Below are positions 15,898 to 24,981 of a DNA stretch of 64,000 nt, in pieces. Position numbers and translations under genes: made by a program. Origin of the DNA: a virus (taxonomy: Duplodnaviria > Caudoviricetes); IMG/VR virus record IMGVR_UViG_3300047160_002980, positions 5,918-69,917 of that record; one strand, 5' to 3'. Position 1 is the first letter of the stretch. The number at the start of each line of letters is the position of its first letter. The notes below the pieces were generated by a model. It saw only the letters and a list, made by a program, of their open reading frames with translations. It was not told where the DNA came from and did no database searches.

Positions 15898-17330
15898 TGG
15901 CCGAGACGACAAACCAGGACCTGATGAAGCTGCCGCTCAACCAAGCGGTCCAGCTATACGCGCCGCAAATGGCGGTCGCCTTCCCCTCGCGGATCGCCTG
16001 CAACCAGGGCCGGCTGGTCCGCGTCATCCAATCGACGCTGACCTTCTTCCCCGACCTTCAGCACAAATGCGACCGGGCGTCCCTGTTCCGCGCCCTGGCC
16101 CGCTGCGCCCAGGACGGGTTGTACCCGGACGGGCGCGAGGCGGCGCTGGTACCCTACGGCAAGGAGGTCCAGTACATCCCGATGTACAAGGGGATGCTGA
16201 AGCTGATCTCCAACTATGTCCTGTCGGTGACCACCGAGGTCGTCTGCGAACACGATTATTTTGAGCGCGAGATGGGCGACGACGCCCGGATCAGCCACCG
16301 CGCGCCACCACTCGATCAGGACCGGGGCGAGATGATCGGGGTCTATTGCCTGATCCGGCTCAAGACCGGTGACTTAATCCGCGAGGTAATGCCCAAGTCG
16401 GAGGTCGAGCGCATCCGCACCACCTATTCGAAGAATACGCGCGACGATGCACCGTGGAAGCGCGAGTACAACGAGATGGCGCGCAAGACCGTGTTCCGCC
16501 GCGCGGTAAAATGGGTACCCATCGAGGACGAGGAAATTGCCCGCGTGTTCGACCGGCCCGACGACGACGAGATACCGCTGGCCGAGGTCGCCGCCCCGCC
16601 CCGGATCAGCGACGAGGACGTGACCGAGAACGGCCCCAAGCGCCAGCGTCAGCGCAAGGCCGCGCCGGTCTCCGAGGTCATCCCCCCGGAGCGGGAGGGT
16701 CGCCTGCCGCCCGAGATGGAGCCGGGGGATTTCGACGACGAGATGCCGCCGCTCCCCGGCGAGGATGCCGAGCCTGCCGGGAGGGACGCGGATGCTGGTA
16801 GCGCGCCCCAGGTCACGCCGGCCTACAGCTTTGGCGACAGCGTCGGCGAGGTCTTTGAGTTCGACAGCGTTGCCGAGGCGGTTGCCGCCTACACCGAATT
16901 CCTGGAGAAAGCGGCAAAGGACCCGAAGGCTATCGCGACGCTGTGGGACAACGGCCACAACCTCCGCGCCGCCCTGGTCAATGACGGCAAGCACGAGATC
17001 GTCAAGGCCCTGGCGGAACTGCACGACCGGCTTACCATGCAACAGCGGGCCGACGCGCCAAAGAACCTCCGCGAGGTCGCCGAAGCGCCAAAGACGAACG
17101 GCCAGGACTTCATCATTCCGTTCGATGGAGAGCGGACCCAGGCTTGGTACCGCGACGCCATCGCCAAGCTGAAGGCGATGCAGGCGGCGAGCGCGCCCCC
17201 AGCCGACTTTGCCGCCTTCAAGCAACAGAACGCCAAGGCCCTAGCCGCGCTAGAGAAGGGCGAGAACGCCTTCCCGTCACTGTTCCGGCCCCTAAATCAG
17301 ATACTGACATACGAGACGAGGCCCCGATGA
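15891..17330 (+). CDS. recT: RecT-family single-strand annealing recombinase with a long acidic C-terminal extension
   Basis: CAQDGLYPDGREAALVPY, YKGMLKL, PW…EMARKTVFRRAVKWVP. Confidence 0.9.
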   Translation: MLMAETTNQDLMKLPLNQAVQLYAPQMAVAFPSRIACNQGRLVRVIQSTLTFFPDLQHKCDRASLFRALARCAQDGLYPDGREAALVPYGKEVQYIPMYKGMLKLISNYVLSVTTEVVCEHDYFEREMGDDARISHRAPPLDQDRGEMIGVYCLIRLKTGDLIREVMPKSEVERIRTTYSKNTRDDAPWKREYNEMARKTVFRRAVKWVPIEDEEIARVFDRPDDDEIPLAEVAAPPRISDEDVTENGPKRQRQRKAAPVSEVIPPEREGRLPPEMEPGDFDDEMPPLPGEDAEPAGRDADAGSAPQVTPAYSFGDSVGEVFEFDSVAEAVAAYTEFLEKAAKDPKAIATLWDNGHNLRAALVNDGKHEIVKALAELHDRLTMQQRADAPKNLREVAEAPKTNGQDFIIPFDGERTQAWYRDAIAKLKAMQAASAPPADFAAFKQQNAKALAALEKGENAFPSLFRPLNQILTYETRPR

Positions 17331-17427
17331 TCCCTCACAGCTGGCGGCTCGCAGACGGCGCGATCCGGTATATGCGGCCTATCAGGCCACACTGGCGCGT
17401 GCGCTGTCATCGCCGCTGGCGGGCAAT

Positions 17428-17458
17428 AAAAAAGGCCCTGCCCTTTTGGGGCAGGGCC
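17428..17458 (-). terminator. intrinsic terminator of the late operon
   Basis: On the minus strand GGCCCTGCCCC-AAAA-GGGCAGGGCC followed by TTTTTT, at the point where the operons converge. Confidence 0.8.
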
Positions 17459-17525
17459 AGATGAGTTTAGGGAGGAACGCCGGTCATCCCCGAGCGGCGT
17501 TCCGCAACTCTACTCTTGATATATG

Positions 17526-18041
17526 TCAGCGGCGAGACTTTGGGACCATGATGCCTAGGGGCAGAGCGAGGACTGAAAAATCAAACCCTCTAGCTTCTCG
17601 CATTGGAATCGTAGGTCGAGGGACATACGGTTCTTGGGAACCTCCCGTCGGATCATCTCGATCAGCCTCAAACTTTCGTCGGCTATCCCGAGGTCGATCA
17701 TCTCCTCGACTAAATCGACGGTTTCGTCTGACATGGCTCAGCCCCATGCGAAGCGCGTAGCGAACGCGCCGTTGCTGTCTCGCGCACTCCCGGCACTGCC
17801 CGTCGCTGCCCCGGCCAAACCGGATGATATCATGCCCGTAAGGGCAGACCGGCACCGGATGGCGACCAGCGGTCCCGTAAAACCGGATACCCATGGTCCG
17901 GGCCATGTGATTGACGGCGTCGCGACTGCGCTCGTACCCATCGAGTTTAAGCGCAGCCGACGTCCGTGCATAGGACAGACCACCCTCCGCGCAGCGGCGC
18001 AGGGTGGCGATCTCGTCCTCGCTCCAGTGCCGCCCCACCAT
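17526..18041 (-). CDS. GcrA-like HTH fused to a CPxGH…CxxC zinc motif
   Basis: WSEDEIATLRRCAEGGLSY…RSRDAV…G; CPYGH…CREC. Confidence 0.6.
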   Translation of the reverse strand: MVGRHWSEDEIATLRRCAEGGLSYARTSAALKLDGYERSRDAVNHMARTMGIRFYGTAGRHPVPVCPYGHDIIRFGRGSDGQCRECARQQRRVRYALRMGLSHVRRNRRFSRGDDRPRDSRRKFEADRDDPTGGSQEPYVPRPTIPMREARGFDFSVLALPLGIMVPKSRR

Positions 18042-18550
18042 TACCGCCGCATCGGATCGGGCGGCGGCGGCGGCGCGGCTGACGGCGGGGTGACCAGCGA
18101 CGCGCCTGTGACCGGCGGTCGCATCGGCGGGGTAAAGACCCGCGCCATCGGGATCACGGGCGGCATGATCGGGGGCCAGGGCAGATCATCCGGCCAATCC
18201 GGAGGCTTCGGCAGTTCGGGAGGACCGCCGCCCGGCGGGATATCCGGTGGCCCGCCCGGAGGACCGGCGTCGGTATAGCCGAGTGCGGCCAGGGCCTTTT
18301 TGATTACGTCGGCGGATTTCTGGAGCGCGTCCGATAATCCTTTGAGGACCGCCGGATCGTCAATCGGCGGGCTGATGCTGATGCTCATCGGCGGCGTCGA
18401 GGCCGGCGCATTATCGGTCGGCGGCGGTGGTGAAATCGTCGCGTAAGTGATGCTCGACCCGGCCAGACCGAGCATCGCTATGGCGTCATTGACGACCGCC
18501 AGCTGCTGGTAAAGCTCGTTGGCAATCGGGATTGTGGCGACATCGGGCAT
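18041..18550 (-). CDS. Pro-rich fibre-associated protein (paralog of 26978..27313)
   Basis: PIANELY…AIAML N-terminus; lies after a fibre gene. Confidence 0.7.
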   Translation of the reverse strand: MPDVATIPIANELYQQLAVVNDAIAMLGLAGSSITYATISPPPPTDNAPASTPPMSISISPPIDDPAVLKGLSDALQKSADVIKKALAALGYTDAGPPGGPPDIPPGGGPPELPKPPDWPDDLPWPPIMPPVIPMARVFTPPMRPPVTGASLVTPPSAAPPPPPDPMRR

Positions 18551-18565
18551 GGGTCTCTCCCCTCG

Positions 18566-18820
18566 TTAGGATTTCGGCGGCGGCGGCTGCTGAACCTTCC
18601 AGTTGGCCGGTATCCCGACCCCTATCGGCGGCACGGTATCCTGGGTATGGAGCGAAAACAGGATCGTCGAGACGGCGCTGGTAATCGCGCGGGCGCGCCG
18701 GATCGCCAGATTGATTTCGTCGGTCGCCAGATAGTCCTCGCCCGTCTCCGGGGCGATGCTCTCCAGCAGCGTCCGCGCCGCTGCGCTATACATGTTCAGA
18801 GCGTCAATCGAGAGTGCCAT
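18566..18820 (-). CDS. hypothetical fibre-associated protein (84 aa)
   Basis: Directly after the fibre 1 stop. Confidence 0.65.
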   Translation of the reverse strand: MALSIDALNMYSAAARTLLESIAPETGEDYLATDEINLAIRRARAITSAVSTILFSLHTQDTVPPIGVGIPANWKVQQPPPPKS

Positions 18821-18823
18821 CGG

Positions 18824-21172
18824 CTAAGCCCTTCCTGCTTCCAGCGCCTCGACGCGCGAGGCCAGTTCCTTGATCGAGTTGAGCATCGCGTAAAAGAGCG
18901 GGGCGACGTCGAGAGCCATGATCGGCTCATCGAGGGTGTGCGAGGTCTCGTACTGGTCTTTGACCATCTCCGGGATAACCGCCTTTACCTCCTGGGCGAT
19001 CAGGCCGACGTGCCGCTCGTAATCGAGCAACATATCAAACGCGCCATTGTACTCGTAAACACGCGGTTCCAGTCGTCGAACGTCGGCGAGACCACGCTGA
19101 TACGGCTCGATGTTCTTCTTTAGCCGCTCGTCCGAATAATCGTTCCAGAACGAGCCGTACTTGGCGGCGTTGCTGCTCAGCAGGGAAATCCACGGCCCCT
19201 GGCCGGTGTCATTGCCGGACGCCGCGCCAAACCCGTGATTACGGAAATCGCCGCCCGCGTAAAACCCGCCCCAGCAGAAAAAATCGTCGCCCGAGGAGAC
19301 CTGACACCCCTGGCCCCAGATGCCAAAAGCGTGGCTCATCGAATTCGGCCACCAGCTGTTGCCGTAGACGATCATCCCGGCCCGAAAATCCCAGTAACCC
19401 TCCGACTGGCAAAGCTGAAGACCGCCGACAAAGATGCAACCGTTGATAACCGCACTGCCATCGACGTTGATGTTCCCGAGCGAGTGCATGTTGGCGGTCA
19501 GCAGCCCGTAGGGTAGATAGGGCGTGGCGCTGATCTGGAGGTAGCCCGAGCCTTGGTTAAACATCGGGATGCCATCGGCCCACAGCGCCCCGGCGGCGCG
19601 AATGTCGCCGGACGAATAGAGATAAGCGCCTTGAATAGTGCTGCCGCTGAGGATCGGGGAACCCGTATAGAACCAGCCGCCGTTGTTGTAGAGCTGGATG
19701 CCGCCGACATAGAGCGAGCCGTTGGCGTGGACGTCGCCCCAGCTTTGCACACCCCCGGCGTAGAGCCAGCTGCCGACGCTGCAGTTGCCGGGGATGTTGA
19801 TGCTGGCCCCGAGATAGACGTTGCCCTCGATGACGACGTTATGGTTGCCGTTGACCGCGATATAGACCTGATTGTCGGAGCCCATGCCGATGAGCGCCCA
19901 CTGGGTCCCGCCCGTGTCGGCACCGTAATAATAGGCGTTATTGTTGAGCGTGACCGACGCGCCGCCGGCAAACCCGATATTGTTGTAGCAGTAGAGACCG
20001 TTGTTGAAGACGTTCGACGCGCCCGCGTAGTTGGTGGTGAGGCCCGCCTGCCCGACCTGACAGACATTGTCGCTGCGAATGCCGAGGATATTGTAGGGCG
20101 AGCCGCTAGCGATTGTGCCGTAGTACCAAGCGTTGTTCGGCACGACCACGTTCGACTGGTGCCACGTCGTCCCGGTGATGTTGAGGTTCGGGGCGCGGAT
20201 CGTGACCGCGTGCGTGCCGTCCCCGAGATAGGTCACGTTGTCACTGGCGATGCCGGCGACCTGGAAGTTGGAACCGCTGGTCGCCGTCCCCCAGAGGAAG
20301 ACGTTGTTCGGCAGGACAATCGCCGAATTGAAGTAGTGGTTGCCGCCCGCCGCCGCCCGGTAATAGCTCGACGCCGGTCCCGGCCCGAAATAGAGGTTGT
20401 TGTCGCTGTAGATAAAGGCCAGCGCATAGCTGGCGGTCCCGGCGGCATTAAAGCTGTTGACGGCGAGAGAGTTCGGCAGGAAGACGTTGTTGTTGAAGCT
20501 GTGGCTCGCGCCGACGTAGGAGACCGGAGCGCCGGTCGATCCCACCTGGATAAAGTTCGAACTGTTCATCCCGATCAGGCCGTGCTGCACACCGCCCGTG
20601 TCGCGCCCGAGGAAGTAGCTGTTGTTGGGCAAGCGGACTGAAGGACCGCCGGTATTGAAGTCGATAAAACCGCTCATCGTGCCGCCGGCCAAGGGCAAGT
20701 ACAGCCCGAGATTCGGGCCGGGCGGCAAGGCGGCGATGATTAGCTTGTTGATCGCCTCGCTGAAGTAGCTGACATACTTGAGGAGGTCGCCGTCATCGTA
20801 AACGTAGAGCGTCAGTTGACCGGCGATAAAGGTCGAGATCGCCGCCGCGACGAAGGTCCCCTGGCGCAGCGAGCGGTTGACGAAAGCCGAGCGTGCGATC
20901 CCCGGCAAGTTGCCCGACCCGGTCTGCGGGTCGGTGCCATAGGATTGCATGTCCTCCACATTCGGCGAGTTACCCGCCGAGCCGCAGGCGAAGATAATGA
21001 AATCGGTGCCGTAAGGCCCGACCCAGGGCGTCAGCGGCTCAACCGTCGGCGGCGGGGCCTGCGCGCCAAAGCGGACACCGGCAAGGCTCGCCTCGCTCAT
21101 CGCGCCGTAGAACCGCCCGGTAATCGGGATATAGGGACCGGGGGTCGTCGGCGGGATGTGTTCTTCGCTCAT
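18824..21172 (-). CDS. tail fibre 1: baseplate-anchor N-terminus, five ~55-aa repeats, Peptidase_S74 chaperone
   Basis: SAFVNRSLRQGTFVAA…YDDGD anchor; LPNN…G repeats; SDERLKKNI…GLIAQEV. Confidence 0.9.
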   Translation of the reverse strand: MSEEHIPPTTPGPYIPITGRFYGAMSEASLAGVRFGAQAPPPTVEPLTPWVGPYGTDFIIFACGSAGNSPNVEDMQSYGTDPQTGSGNLPGIARSAFVNRSLRQGTFVAAAISTFIAGQLTLYVYDDGDLLKYVSYFSEAINKLIIAALPPGPNLGLYLPLAGGTMSGFIDFNTGGPSVRLPNNSYFLGRDTGGVQHGLIGMNSSNFIQVGSTGAPVSYVGASHSFNNNVFLPNSLAVNSFNAAGTASYALAFIYSDNNLYFGPGPASSYYRAAAGGNHYFNSAIVLPNNVFLWGTATSGSNFQVAGIASDNVTYLGDGTHAVTIRAPNLNITGTTWHQSNVVVPNNAWYYGTIASGSPYNILGIRSDNVCQVGQAGLTTNYAGASNVFNNGLYCYNNIGFAGGASVTLNNNAYYYGADTGGTQWALIGMGSDNQVYIAVNGNHNVVIEGNVYLGASINIPGNCSVGSWLYAGGVQSWGDVHANGSLYVGGIQLYNNGGWFYTGSPILSGSTIQGAYLYSSGDIRAAGALWADGIPMFNQGSGYLQISATPYLPYGLLTANMHSLGNINVDGSAVINGCIFVGGLQLCQSEGYWDFRAGMIVYGNSWWPNSMSHAFGIWGQGCQVSSGDDFFCWGGFYAGGDFRNHGFGAASGNDTGQGPWISLLSSNAAKYGSFWNDYSDERLKKNIEPYQRGLADVRRLEPRVYEYNGAFDMLLDYERHVGLIAQEVKAVIPEMVKDQYETSHTLDEPIMALDVAPLFYAMLNSIKELASRVEALEAGRA

Positions 21173-22593
21173 GCAAAACCCCCTTGCGCTCCGGGAATGT
21201 AGCCCTGGCCCGGTGGCACCAGGATAGCCCACTGGCCTTGGTCCCACCCGGCAATCGAGGTTGACTCGCCGTCAAAGGCGAATAGCGGCACGCCGGGGAG
21301 CGACTGGAACATGTAGTATCTCAACTCGATCCCCTCGGGCTTCAGGTCCATCTCGCCGTTGAGGAACAGGCTGAGGAGGACCGCGTCGGGCTGAGTCTGC
21401 CCGAGCAGCCCATAAGCCATGGTCATATCGCCCCAGTCCTGGATGACGACCTGGAGACCGGTCCCCCGGAACACCACGTCCCAGGATGCGTAGGCTTCCG
21501 GGACCGACCCATCCCAGTGATTGGCGACAATCGCGGCGTAGAGGAGGAGCCGGTAGTGCCAGTCGTCGAGCCGCTGTAGTGAGTTCTCGGTATCGTAGGG
21601 TCCCTGCCAGTTCGCCTGATCCCAGCCCAGTCCCGGCGTGTCCCAGGAGAAGAACACGTTGGGGATTTCGACCCAGCGCGACTTGCCAACCCATTGCCCG
21701 ACAACGTCTAATTGAGCGCCGACCGCCACGTCGATATCATAGAGGCACGGGATCGCGGCAACGGTCCCGGTATCGGTGACTATCGGCAGGATCGTATCGG
21801 CGACCGTCGTCATGTAGTTTGGGCGCTGATTATGTTCGCTCGTGATCAGGTTCAGGTAGTAATCGACGGGCCGGGTCCAGCGCGGCTCGCACGGCGGCTC
21901 GGCTGGCTCGCCAATCGTGAAGGCGGCGTTGTCCGGCGCTTCGGACGACGCCCAGGCGACGACGACTTTAGCGGTAAAGTAGATAAACGCCGCTCTGTCC
22001 GCCGGCTCGGTGACCGCGAAGTGAGCATGGACCGGCGAGTTGATCCGAAACGCCGCATGATCCGGCGCTTCCGTCGCGGCGATATAGCCGTGGTTGTTGC
22101 GGATATGGAAGGCGGCGACGTCGCATGGTTCATGCGCCCGGAGCCACGCGCCGTTCGCGCGATTAGCCCTGAAGCTGGCCGCGTCGGGCCGCTCGGTTAC
22201 GGCGAAATGGGCGGTGACGTTCCCGATATGAAATCGAGGGACGTCCGGCGCGTCGGTCGCTCCCAGGGCGACATGGTTCGCCACCCCGACTCGGAACGTC
22301 GCCCGGTCGGGCGCTTCCTTCGCGACCAGGGCGGCGGTATTGCGCTGGTGGATAGCGAACGTCGCCTCGTCCAGCTGTTCGGTCGCGGCGAGGTGCGCCC
22401 GATTAAGCTGGCGGGTGCGAAACGTGGCGAGGTCCGGCGGCTCGACGACCGCCAGGGCAATCGTCTTGTACGGCTGGGTCGTGAACCGCGCGGTATCGGT
22501 CGGTTCGGTCGCGTGGAGATAAGCGGGGGGCGGGCCTAGCCTAAACGATGCGCTGTCGGGAGCTTCGGAGGCCCCGAGGACCGCGTTCGCCAT
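21169..22593 (-). CDS. DUF2612 baseplate wedge protein with 11 N-terminal A(T/S)ExxD repeats
   Basis: YYLNLITSEH…DIDVAVGAQLDVVGQWVG…YRLLL…NHWDG…QDWGDMTM; about 21-aa repeats. Confidence 0.85.
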   Translation of the reverse strand: MANAVLGASEAPDSASFRLGPPPAYLHATEPTDTARFTTQPYKTIALAVVEPPDLATFRTRQLNRAHLAATEQLDEATFAIHQRNTAALVAKEAPDRATFRVGVANHVALGATDAPDVPRFHIGNVTAHFAVTERPDAASFRANRANGAWLRAHEPCDVAAFHIRNNHGYIAATEAPDHAAFRINSPVHAHFAVTEPADRAAFIYFTAKVVVAWASSEAPDNAAFTIGEPAEPPCEPRWTRPVDYYLNLITSEHNQRPNYMTTVADTILPIVTDTGTVAAIPCLYDIDVAVGAQLDVVGQWVGKSRWVEIPNVFFSWDTPGLGWDQANWQGPYDTENSLQRLDDWHYRLLLYAAIVANHWDGSVPEAYASWDVVFRGTGLQVVIQDWGDMTMAYGLLGQTQPDAVLLSLFLNGEMDLKPEGIELRYYMFQSLPGVPLFAFDGESTSIAGWDQGQWAILVPPGQGYIPGAQGGFA

Positions 22594-22600
22594 CGGCTAA

Positions 22601-22975
22601 TTACCCGTGGGTAATCGTGCCGCTCGTCAGGATTAGCGGGTCGCCCGTGTTGATCGTCGTCGTGTTGACGATCACATCGGCGGCGGTCGTGCCAACCGTC
22701 AGGCCCTGCACGACGACATTGCCCGCGCTATCCTTGATCCGCGCTATCGCCGCCGTCCCTGAAGCCGCCGCCGTCCCGGTAATCGGCACCCCGGAGACCG
22801 TGATAGTCTGCGCTGCTTCGGTAAAGGACGGCTTTAGCAGGGTCAGGATGACCAGGACCGATGCGTAGGTCGCGCTGCAAATCTCCATCGTCGCGGGACC
22901 GGGGCCGGCGTCGCACGCGGTGACAACCGCCGTCATCCGGGTATCCTTGAGGGCGTTCGAATAGATAACGGTCAT
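22601..22975 (-). CDS. small beta-strand structural protein (paralog of 44333..44743)
   Basis: GTAAIARIKDSAGNVVVQGLTVGT…TSGTITHG. Confidence 0.8.
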   Translation of the reverse strand: MTVIYSNALKDTRMTAVVTACDAGPGPATMEICSATYASVLVILTLLKPSFTEAAQTITVSGVPITGTAAASGTAAIARIKDSAGNVVVQGLTVGTTAADVIVNTTTINTGDPLILTSGTITHG

Positions 22976-22983
22976 GCTTCCCC

Positions 22984-24213
22984 CTATCGCCTGCGGCGGG
23001 TCTGGCCGGTCTGCTGGCTCGGCAGATGGACGGTAACGGCTACGGTCGTCGGATCGGCCCAGGCGGCTTCGATAAACGAGACCGACACGTCGATATTCTG
23101 CGGTGGTCCGCCGTCGCGCGACTGGAACACGCTGGTCACGTCATAGGTGAGACCGTCCGGCTCCGGGAGTTCGGTCGCGGCGATCAACTTGGTCAGGTAG
23201 CTGTCATAGCCGATAGGTAGCGTGGACAGGAACTCCACGACCTGGGCTTGGATATTGTTCTGGATTGTCTGGGTAAAGCCGGCCAGCGCGGTCACCGTGA
23301 TCTGCACCGTGATCGGGACCAGGATCAGTTCGAAGAAGTTGATCCGCGTCGGGATGCCCCGGACGTCGTAGACCATAATGTTTGTGGTGCCAAAGGTCGG
23401 CGAACCCGGTGTCTTGCGCAGCGCGATCATGTTGGCAATCGCCTGGGCGTCGCCGCCCTCGACGACGACCGCCATCGAGTAAGCCGGTATCCCGTTCGCG
23501 TCCGGCGCGGCGGTCGGATTTTCGTAGACCATGCACCGCTGAACGCCCTCCAGATTAGAGATTGCGCCCTGAATGCCGACGACGATGGTCTGGCTCGGAT
23601 TGGCAACCGAGATCGTCTGCCGGCGGCGCAACTGGGCGTCGTTCTCGGTCGGCGCGCCGACGACAGCCGGGAAATCGTTGGTCACCGTCTGAAACCCAGG
23701 CACGGGAGTCAGGATACGGGTAATCGAGCCGATACCGGCCCCGACCGACCCGGAAACGCTACACACCGCCGTCGCCTCGACCTGACCCGAGGGCGGGATA
23801 ATCAGCGTGCCGCTGCCAAAGGTCCCCGGCAGTATCCACTGCGTGTTCAGGTTCAGATTATCGCCGAGGGCAATACCGCTGATATCGGTCCCGGCCTGCC
23901 CGACGCACAGGACGTTGACCGTGCTGGTCGATGACATGAGCCGGCGAATGCCGTTGATTTTGACGACGCTGGAGAGACCCGCGCCCTGGGCGTAGGTCGG
24001 GCTGAACGCGTTGTAAGTGTCCACGATAGTCATGTTCGCGTCGTGGATAGCCGAGGCAATAACGCTGAGCCACTGGCCGTCCTGCGTGTCCGCCGCGATA
24101 TTGATGTCCTCGCCGTAGATCGACTGATATTGCGCCTGGAGCCAGGAGAGAACGTCGGTAAAGAGCGGCGCGGCAATGCCGTTGCCGTCAATCGAGACGA
24201 CCGGAACAGTCAT
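22984..24213 (-). CDS. baseplate J/gp47-like wedge protein
   Basis: YGEDINIAADTQDGQW…FSPTYAQGAGLSSVVKINGIRR; ENDAQLRRRQ. Confidence 0.9.
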   Translation of the reverse strand: MTVPVVSIDGNGIAAPLFTDVLSWLQAQYQSIYGEDINIAADTQDGQWLSVIASAIHDANMTIVDTYNAFSPTYAQGAGLSSVVKINGIRRLMSSTSTVNVLCVGQAGTDISGIALGDNLNLNTQWILPGTFGSGTLIIPPSGQVEATAVCSVSGSVGAGIGSITRILTPVPGFQTVTNDFPAVVGAPTENDAQLRRRQTISVANPSQTIVVGIQGAISNLEGVQRCMVYENPTAAPDANGIPAYSMAVVVEGGDAQAIANMIALRKTPGSPTFGTTNIMVYDVRGIPTRINFFELILVPITVQITVTALAGFTQTIQNNIQAQVVEFLSTLPIGYDSYLTKLIAATELPEPDGLTYDVTSVFQSRDGGPPQNIDVSVSFIEAAWADPTTVAVTVHLPSQQTGQTRRRR

Positions 24214-24216
24214 GCC

Positions 24217-24735
24217 TTACCTCCACACGGTAGAGCGCGCTCTGATCGGCTCCTTGGCCGGCTTCGGCAGTCGCTGGAGGGTCGGCGAGGCCGGACGGGG
24301 ATTACTATCGTAGACCTTGAGTTCGACCGTCGGATGCGCTCCGGGAGCCGAGGCAGCCGTGATAAAGAGCGGCCCGCCGTAGATCGTGTTGATGGTCGCG
24401 TTGACGCTGAAGGTCCGGGTCGTCGGGTCAAAGCTAGAACCCCAGGTCGGCATGTTGAGGACGCCGTAGGTCGAGATAATCCGGTCGCGGATCGCCGCCT
24501 CGCGCGTTATCCGGGTTTGCTCGGCCAGGATACGGCCCTGTTCGACGACGACCGGATTAAGCGGAAACCCGCCCCAGGGCGTCCCGTCCGCGAGGTTCAG
24601 GAACCACTCACCGGTAAAGAGCAAGAGCCTCGTCTTGACCGATTGCCCGACCGCGTCGGCGTCGTCCTTCCAGAAATCCGCTTCGCCGTGACCAAACTGC
24701 ATGTCGCCGTTCTGGTCGAGCTTGCGGTATCTCAT
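24217..24735 (-). CDS. baseplate wedge / sheath initiator (gp25/gp46-like)
   Basis: MRYRKLDQNGD…FG…AVGQSVKTRLLLFTGEWFLNL..GTPW. Confidence 0.85.
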   Translation of the reverse strand: MRYRKLDQNGDMQFGHGEADFWKDDADAVGQSVKTRLLLFTGEWFLNLADGTPWGGFPLNPVVVEQGRILAEQTRITREAAIRDRIISTYGVLNMPTWGSSFDPTTRTFSVNATINTIYGGPLFITAASAPGAHPTVELKVYDSNPRPASPTLQRLPKPAKEPIRARSTVWR

Positions 24736-24738
24736 GCG

Positions 24739-24981
24739 CTAGGACGCGCCGGGATGATCGGAGCCGTTCGGCATCGGCGTCGCGCCGGGCTGTGGCCCCG
24801 CCTGCGCCCCCGCCTGCTGCTGAAGCTGTTCGCCAATCGCCTGGATCAGCGGCGCGGCGACCTCGTAGGGGGCTTTTGCCAGCGCGCCGAGAACCCCATT
24901 CCACTGCTGCGCCTGGAGGACGACCGTCATCTGGGCGTCGGCCTGCACGGGCTGCTGACTGAGCGGCTGTCCTGACATCAT
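24739..24981 (-). CDS. small fibre-associated protein
   Basis: [16 protein letters not shown] pattern typical after S74 fibres; ATGA overlap. Confidence 0.65.
   Translation of the reverse strand: MMSGQPLSQQPVQADAQMTVVLQAQQWNGVLGALAKAPYEVAAPLIQAIGEQLQQQAGAQAGPQPGATPMPNGSDHPGAS

Noticed and set aside
13993-15912. 639-aa minus-strand ORF in the track
   Set aside because: Only the last 206 aa (from ATG 14613 with AGGAGG) look real; the rest is the antisense shadow of the plus-strand genes 14668-15897
17327-17464. 45-aa ORF after recT
   Set aside because: It runs through the late-operon terminator hairpin and has no motif; probably non-coding
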